The notes under the pieces were generated by a model. That model did no database searches. It was not told the DNA's origin and was given only the letters and a program-made list of their open reading frames with translations. From Raillietiella orientalis (taxonomy: Eukaryota): 64,000 nucleotides of DNA. This document shows, piece by piece, positions 56,201-64,000 of this stretch. The stretch lies in the NCBI GenBank assembly GCA_036172245.1, contig JAYWIR010000025.1, forward strand, positions 2,108,001 through 2,172,000, written 5' to 3'. The first letter of the stretch is position 1, and each line of letters begins with the position of its first letter. Position numbers and translations under genes: made by a program.

Positions 56201-59200
56201 GCGAGATGGGGGAGGAAACCTCCCTTTTTGCTGGAGTCGGAAGAGGCCACCTTTCCGCTCCGCACAGCCTCCCCGCTCACCTTTCGCCACTGCTGGCGTG
56301 GTTTCGTCTCCAAGGGGCTGCCTCGATGTCACGGCTACAGCAAGAGCCCTCGAAATGCAGCCCTTCGATGACGCAGAAACGCCGCACGAGCCCTTTTCGA
56401 GGGGGAGTCGCTCGTGTCCCTCTTGCCACGTGTTTCCAGCCGAAAAAAGCGCGTCGCCACAGTCCGTTAGGAGATGTGGGAGCTTTCCCTTCCTTCTCTC
56501 CGCCATGCGATCGCGGCACCTGCTGAGCAGGACACCTCGGAGCGGAAAAAGAGCGCCGCCGCCCCTCTGCTGCATGAGGAGGGGGAGGAGCACCAGTCTC
56601 TCTGTGAGTCTCCCGAGCACAAAAGAGGGATCGAGGTTCCTGGTCTTGTCTTAGTTCCGTGGTGCTTCCGAGCCCGTTCCTTGGGCAGCGGCCAAGGAGC
56701 GGGCAGTTTCTCGCATCCGCAGTGGCCGGTTGCTCGCTACTGACCATTCGCCGAGGGGCACCATTCTTTTTGCCGTAGGTTGCGTGACTTCGAGAGGGAA
56801 GGACCGCAAGATCCAGGTGGCGAGGCACTTCTGGTCTTGTTCCCGGAAGGGACCCCGAGGAAGGAGGTACTTCCAAGGATCCTTCCAGGCTAAAGAGAGG
56901 GCCACTGAGCGGTGATGCCGCCGTCGCCAGAGGAAAGGTTCAGGCGGGACGCGGGTTGCCCGGGGGAGGGAAAGAAGGCAGGAAGCCGGAGGACAGCGCC
57001 CGTCCGGGATGAGGCGCTCCTCTCTCCCAGCGGCGAGACTCATGCGCACGCCTTTCGCCGCGGTGCGCCTCTGGAGGATTGCCCGAGGGCGGGCGGGCGC
57101 CCCGCGTCTCCTATCCGCTGCAACCTCTTCTCTCACGGCGTCGCTTAACACCTGCCCGCCTCATCTTCGTCCACCACAGTTGGTCCACGAGCTCACATCC
57201 TCCGCCACGGCATCGTCGCCAAGGGCTATTTCCTGAGCGGAAGGCGAGAACGAAGAAATCGTCAAATTCTTTCCGGGCTTCTTCTCCAGCACTTCCTCGA
57301 CCCTCAGGGATAGATATATCCCTGAGGGTTGAGGTATCTCGAGGTGAACGCGGAACGAACGCACCTAGGGAGATTTCCGATCAAACTCCTGAGTCTGCTC
57401 TTCATAGGGCAAGCCTTGTGGAGAGCAGACTCTGAATCTTCGGGTTGAAAGTTGACTCCTCCTTGACCTGTGACCCGTCCTCTCATGACGCTCAGGAGCG
57501 CGCGACGGGAAAGGTGTCCGTCTGTCTTTGCAGGACTCCAGAGCTCGGTCCTCCCCCATACTCTCGCAGAGGATGCAGAAGGAAACTGAGGTTGCAATCG
57601 CATTTCCTGATGCGAAGGAGGAAAGTCGCAAGCTGGGAGAGGGAGGGGGGGGGGGAGACCATCCAGACGGAACGCGCCAGATGCTTTCGAGCGGCATCTG
57701 AGGACTTCGATTTCTTCCTTCTTTAGGAAGAAAGCTCGACGGCGCGGAGCCAATTTCCCGAGGGAGTCGAAGAGAGATCTCCCCGCCATCCAGGGGCGCA
57801 CCGCAGTCGTAGCGAGTGGCGGCCTCTTACCGGACCGCCTCGCAAATGTCTGCCTTCTCGTCCAGCTCGACCGGACGGGTCATCTCGCTGGGTTGCCTTC
57901 CCAAGCCTGGAAGGTGACCTGATGAGGCTGCATGCTTTGTGATCCGATGCTGAGGAAAGTCAAGGCGACCTTAGCTTCCTCCTCTTCCCCATTCCTCTTC
58001 CTCCTCCTCCTCCTCCTTCCCCCTCCGTGCCCGTAAGCGCAGCAGAGACAAGACCGCACCATCCTTCCTTCAGGAGGAGAACAGGGGGATGCGACGCTCG
58101 CATTTCTCGGGAGAGCTTTTACGGCCCGGATAGGGCGTGCGCGAGAACTGGAGAGTTTCCGCCTTGCCTGAGATATGTGACTCCCTGAGAAGCCCGGAAG
58201 CGATCTGGTTTGGCCCATCTTTCCTGGGGAATGGGGGAATGGGAAGGGGAGAAGCGATTGGCATTTTCGCATCACGATCGAGTACTCTTTTGTGCGTTGC
58301 CGTAGCGACCCTTCTGGATGAAAAGTCTCTAGAGCCGACTCGCGACGTATGCTGTGCTCCAACACGGATGACGCTCCCGTTCCTCGTCGGGATCCGCGCG
58401 CCTCGAACGGGTCCAGGAGTCCCGAGGGATCGTGGGCAGTTCCTGGAGCAATGTGAGCAGACGGAAAAAGATGCCCCTGAAGGAATCCTGCGGAAGCAGT
58501 GTGGGAGCGCGCGACCCAGCACGTCCCGGACGGTTCGACGGATGTCCGTCAGGAGGGACGTCGAGGACAGAAGCGCGTAGCACGTTCGATAGGGAAACGC
58601 ACGTGTGTTCCCTCGCCTGTGTTCCATTTTTATTCCATGCTATTTACGGAGGACAACAATGGAAATGGCAACAATAGAAAGGAAAAACAACAAAGGAAAA
58701 GTAACAATGGAAAGTGGGAGAGAAATAGGCACCGCCGACGAAAACCGAAATGCCACAAATCGGGGATACAAAGGAAGATGCGATCTTCCTTTGGTTCCGT
58801 CTGCAAACAGCCGGAGGAACGAATGTTTGCTATTGGGTTAATTTAGGATGAGCTCTGTCCGAGGGGGAGGTTTGGTATCGAAAGCACGATCGGATCTTCG
58901 AGATAAGCAAAAAAAAAAAATCACTCTCACTGGGATTATCAGCATTCTGGTTCCTCGAGATCATTTCTCCGCGGTGAACCCGATGGCTTCAGGATGCGCG
59001 ATCACTTTCGTGTCCTAGCAACAGAGAGAAGTGATAGCGCACCTCCTGCAGATGTTTCTCTGGAAATCAGCCCTTAAGAGCACGGAAAGAAACTCCGCAT
59101 GTTCCGCACAAGACAGTCTGAGAAGAGTGGGGGGAAGAGGAAACAAAAGACTGTTTGGTCCAGTTGGATGGCTCTGCGACCTTTGCCCTGCTTTTGGAGA

Positions 59201-61199
59201 CAAGAGCGGAAGTATTCTCTGGTTGTTCCCTGCAAGTGGATCGCGTCTTCAGCGGTGCGGACGAGGTCCTAGGATTACGGAGGTGTGTCGGGGCAGCGAG
59301 AGAAAGAATGCCTTGCCACCAGGAGTAGATAACGAGGATTCCCAGCTTCGGTTTTACGCAACAGGATCGGACGTATCCAGTTCGATTTCCCGGAACGGAT
59401 TTTCAGTGTTCGGGGTTTCCGGAGAGTGGAGGAGGAGGAGGAGGAGGAATAGATAGAGAGGGAGAGAGAGCGGGGAGGGGGGAGGGTAGAAGATGGAAAG
59501 GAAGCGCAGAGTTGCGCTCTAGAGAGAAAGACTCACAAACCTGTTTGGAGGAGGAGAGGAAAACTCTGCCTGGCCGATTGTTTCGTGCCCAAAGGCGCGC
59601 GTCAGCAGGCTCGAATAAAACGTAATGGAAAGATGTCAGAGGTGTCTGCTGTTTCTTCGAAGAAAGGAGTAGGAAGGAAGGGCATAAAGAAGCGCAACTG
59701 CAAACATAAAAAAAAAACATCCGAGATGGAAAGCCATAAAACTTGAGGAAGTCTTGCGGACGATTAAGGAATGCCCACGCATTACAAATTTTCTTTTCTT
59801 GTTTCGCTCCGCAACGCTCACGCGTTGCGGAGCGAAACAAGAAAAGAAAGGCCTGGATTTATTCCTCTGACCCCGAGGAGAGGGGAGGGGAAGTGCAGAT
59901 CCGCTGGTGGTTCTTTCTAGAGAGACGCCAGGATGCACCCGTTTCTTGTTGTTTCTTGATAATGGTCTCCTCGCTAACAGTTCAGATTTCGAGATTTTCA
60001 CTCGCGTGACTCAGCAAAATGGGTGCGGAGTGTCCGCGAAGACAAAAAACAAACAACAACAAAAAAAAGACAAAGAAGGAGGGAAGGTGTATGAAAGAGA
60101 AAAGGCACTGGAGGGAACGGAGGGAAAGCTCTGGGGGCCGTGATTCCGTTGATCCGAAGGGAATCAAAAGGATAGGAACAGGGACACGGGACTGGGGGCG
60201 AGTTTGGGGTGGTGGGAAGTCGTTCCGCTTTCCAAGCCCGATGTCGCCAAGACTCCGAGATGGAGCTCATAAGTTGAAGGCTCTCATCTCTTCTGGACCA
60301 TCGGGTTGCTTTCTTCGGCGCTGAAACGGGGAACCAGGGGATTCCTTCTTGTCGCATTTTGTTGATTGAATGTACGCCAAAATGGGGGGTGGGCGTCACC
60401 ACCACCTTAGCTCGTTCACGGCAAAGCTCGAAGACCCTTTCATCATGAGCGGCGGTCCGTCCAGCCTTCCCGACGGCAACCCGGGAGAAGAAGTCTTCTC
60501 CAGTCCGACGAGGAACGCACGGAAACGTCACGATGGGGAAAGGGGGTCGACAACCACACGGTGCTGCTTGTCACAGGGTACCACTGCTCGCTTCAAGGCC
60601 ACTTTCCCTCAGCAACGTGATTCGCAGAGACGGGGAACGAGGTGATCTGACTCTTCAGTTTCCTTTGCAGTCGGCAGGCAGTGGAGCCACGGAGGGCTGC
60701 GGAACTAGAAGCAGCAGCTGCCTTCTGGAGGAAGAGTCTGAAGATGGGAGGAAGTTCGCTGCTAACAGGGAACGCATTGGCGCGCGTCGCAGCATCCAAC
60801 TCGAGGCATTTTCCCCTCCTTCCTCTCAGACGAACTGCCGTTCGTCTTTGCGTCACCGAAACCGCTCCAGTATACTTCCCTTCGGTCCTCTCACTTCTGT
60901 TCCTACACGTTCCGCCCTCGGTTCCTCGGCTGCGTTCAGGAGGTGCCCGGACTCCAGAGCTGCTGTTTGTGAAGGATATAAGGAGGCGCTCGACGTTTCC
61001 GGCCTCCAGCCGCCCATTCAGTTTTCGGCCGGACCTCTCAACCCTGCGAGCTCTGAGACCCGAGTACCCACTGCTGCCCCATCCTGCTGAGCGCATCTGG
61101 AGCGTTCTCTTCCTATAGAATGGAAGCATGCTGGGAGGGAGAGAGGTGGGTAGGAAGAGGGCGCCAGGGGATTTCGTTGAGGGAAGTCGGTCTTTTACT

Positions 61200-63500
61200 C
61201 CTGACCACCCCCTCGCATAGCGACCCTCGCACATCTTCTCCGCATCATGGACCTATCAATTTCATCTACGCAACGGGGAAAAGCCATTTCGAGTAGCTTC
61301 AGCATCTCTGGAGAATTTCGGTTTGAAATTCAAACAATGCTAGGGGAAGGGGAGGTTACGATCGTGGGGTCTCTGATTGTCCTTTCGAGAATCGATGGCG
61401 GAGAGTGCCAACAAACAGTCCTCATCGGTCCGCATGAGAATGAGCAGCCGTCGCCTTCTCAAACGCAGTTTCCCGTGCAACGAACCTCTTCGCAAGTTGT
61501 TCATAAAGTTTGCTCCTGTAGGAGCTGCCTCGCTTCCTCCGCTGCTCGACCCCCCCGTCACTGTTGCTCTCGAAGGTTCTGGCACCCTTCCTTCCTTCTG
61601 CGTGTATCCGAATTGCCGTGAAGACAGTCCCTTCTCTACTGCAGAGGAGATCTCTCTTCTTCCTCCCTACGAGAACGCCCTCTCTTGGAAAGGAGGGGTC
61701 GGCATCGCTGACTACGTCACTGGGCATTCGAGAAAAATTCTTTACTCCACCGCTCGAAGAGCAATTGGAAGGATCGAGAGGCTGGGGCGGCTTTCATGCG
61801 ACTTCGGCTCCACAACCCGATCCCGCTCATTTCTTGCCACTCGGGTACCCAGAGAGACTGTTTTTCCACGACAACAGGAACCTGCAGTGCACCTGGAGGT
61901 GCATGGAGCGAGCCCTCGAGAATTCCGAGATGTCAGTCGGCCTTGCGGTTAGGCACGCAGGAGCTGCCGCTCGTGGAAAACCATCTGGTTGGGACAGCGG
62001 TCCACCGTTAGCTTCACGAAGGTCAACAACGAATCGAAGGTCACAGCAGGCTGGTTCGGAACGATTTCTCGAAGGCAACGAAACTTTGACAGTCGCCCAT
62101 CTCCAGCCAAAGATGAGAGACAAACAAAACGGATCCAAGAATCTCCGAATCTTTGAGAAGAGAAGGCGCTCGTTCTGCTGTGCTGGAGATGAAAGGGAGT
62201 CTCCTTAGAAACAGACGACTCTACCGGAAAAAAGCAGTCAAAGAGTGGATGACAATTTCTCGAGCTATCCAGGTGACATCCGTAGATTTGGGAAAGTTAA
62301 AGATTCAACAGAGGTCCAAGGTCCAAGACTGGAACTGGAAATCTCTCCTTCCTTGTAGTTCTAAAGACTACACAGCAGCGTGTGGGAACGCGAATGACAT
62401 CCAGTAGGGTGGAAAAGCCTCAAGAACCAGAAAGGGACAGGCAATGGAACAGGAAGAGTGATTGTGCAAAAGCGACAAGAGAGGTGCCCGTGGAAGGAAA
62501 GGCGGAAGTGCATTCGTCCCATCTTGCACTTCAGTAATCGCCTCGAAATGCCGCTCTAAAATGCCAGCTGGGTATCCTGACCATCTACAAGATCGGACTG
62601 CAGGTGCAGTTCCGACTTTTGTGTGCCAATTGTGAACTTGTCATTGGTGTGCTCGGCACATCACATCCTCCGGCGATGCGTTGGAAGCTCAGGATTGGAT
62701 GACAGACTTTCGCTGCTGCCGCGCAACCCACATAGTAGGAGTGAATTTGGCTATCCCCTGAGGCATCTGTCCTTACTTCTATTAGCTGACCCATGGATCT
62801 CCTGACATCTCCAAAACTGGAACACCTGGAGGCAGGAGGCACTAAAGTCCTGAGTTTCCACTCTGGAAGTGCGCCCAGAAGAACTGCGACCTCTATAGAA
62901 TCTCCTGTGCAAACCGCTGGGAGATCTCCTGCAGTATTGGACGCAATGGTCCCGGATAGCCGTCACCATCCTTGCCTCAGCAGTGTTTACACTCAGCACA
63001 CGAAATGGCAGCAGCCAAACGGCGGAATGGGATTCTCCTGCAAAATGTCAGGAGTCGAAAGACTACTTGACGGCTGCAAGGCGAGCAGGTTGGTTGGTGG
63101 ACGCGGCCACTCCTCGTTTCCAGGCGGAGTGACTCCTTCGGTGGAGTTACCCGCTTGGTTTTTCCCCCCAAGAACTTGTGGTCCCTCCCCTTTGCGTGGA
63201 CACCTTCATGTTCCCGCTACGGTGGATGTTCTGCTGTTTCCGTACTGGGGGGATTTCAGTGCAATCAGCGCATACACCTGGTTTCCGGGAGAAATTTGCA
63301 TCCCCGAACTGTTTAAGGTGCGAGGCAATGGAAACGTTCTGTCACCTCCTGTTGGACTGCGGTGCCCTGGAGAACATTTGGTGGGGACTCGTTTCGGCAC
63401 TCCGTCGACCCCTGGAGGACTCTCTGCAGCGTCTTGGAAATTCGATTGCCCCCCCCCCCTCCCGATAAACCGTGCGATGCTTGTCACTGGAACTTGTCTT
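61200..63500 (+). mobile_element. Decayed L1/Tx1-like LINE ORF2 remnant (boundaries approximate)
   Basis: Clear C-terminal CCHC motif SPNCLRCEAMETFCHLLLDCGALENIW (about 63300-63385). NWKSLLPCSSKDY (about 62333) resembles RT NWRPISLLxxDYK. Many frameshifts and stops. Confidence 0.55.
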
Positions 63501-64000
63501 TCATCTTGACTGTGGCAGAGAACCTCAACAGGATACAACCAGGACCCTCCCCTCCCCTCATGCAGCCATTTCGAATTTCGGGAGAAGGTCAGCACCTCCC
63601 TGTTCCCGTGGATTTGATACCTGTGCATCCGTGATACCGGGCTCTTGAAGAAAGCCGGAAGTCATCCAGGGGAATGTGGAAGCGCAAATTAGAATTCTTG
63701 GGAACCGTCGCAGTCCAATACGACCATCAGGTCGGATGGTTTCAGGAAACGGAGGATGGGATGGCATGGGTAACGGCTTTCAACTCTGCACTGCCACTTG
63801 TGTGACATGGCATCAGGTGCGACGAATTTTCCCTGCGTACGAGCAGCAGATGAGGCTGGACTTTCTTGACCCGAGGTCAGAGCCAGATTTTTTCGCTCCT
63901 TTTTTTTGAATGACCCAAGGTGCGGGCCGTTGAAACCGAAAAGGCACGTCCCGACTTAAGGAGCGCATCCTCTTTCCGGGAGAAACATTTCGGTTCCTGA

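Noticed and set aside
21700..62000. Hundreds of long overlapping ORFs (e.g. 22528-24267 +, 23781-25871 -, 33176-34477 +, 36059-37285 -, 43399-44586 +)
   Set aside because: Expected in stop-poor GC-rich DNA or as shadows of real exons. They are R/P/G/A-rich with no recognisable domain.

Overview
Eukaryotic (most likely arthropod) genomic DNA with two contrasting domains. The first, at about 4-14.5 kb, is AT-rich and CpG-poor. It holds two compact, convergent housekeeping genes with 36-49 nt introns: sphingomyelin synthase (+, 5663-7109) and poly(ADP-ribose) glycohydrolase (-, 7214-9212). It also holds a ~1.4 kb bacterial segment (about 11600-13030) that reads in genetic code 4 (TGA=Trp, Spiroplasma/Mollicutes-like). 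That segment carries a broken proC, a small ORF, a bidirectional terminator and a 5'-truncated DEAD-box helicase with CpG-type decay. The second domain, from about 16.4 kb on, is GC- and CpG-rich. It carries a large minus-strand smoothelin-like gene with an N-terminal smoothelin motif, a 3.77 kb low-complexity exon and a C-terminal CH domain. Around this gene are tandem MEF2 sites, a candidate recursive splice site, a candidate 10-nt microexon, several hairpins and decayed LINE/hAT remnants. Most ORFs in the supplied track beyond 21 kb are GC-rich shadow ORFs. All gene models were assembled by eye from splice signals and remembered family motifs; no database search was run.
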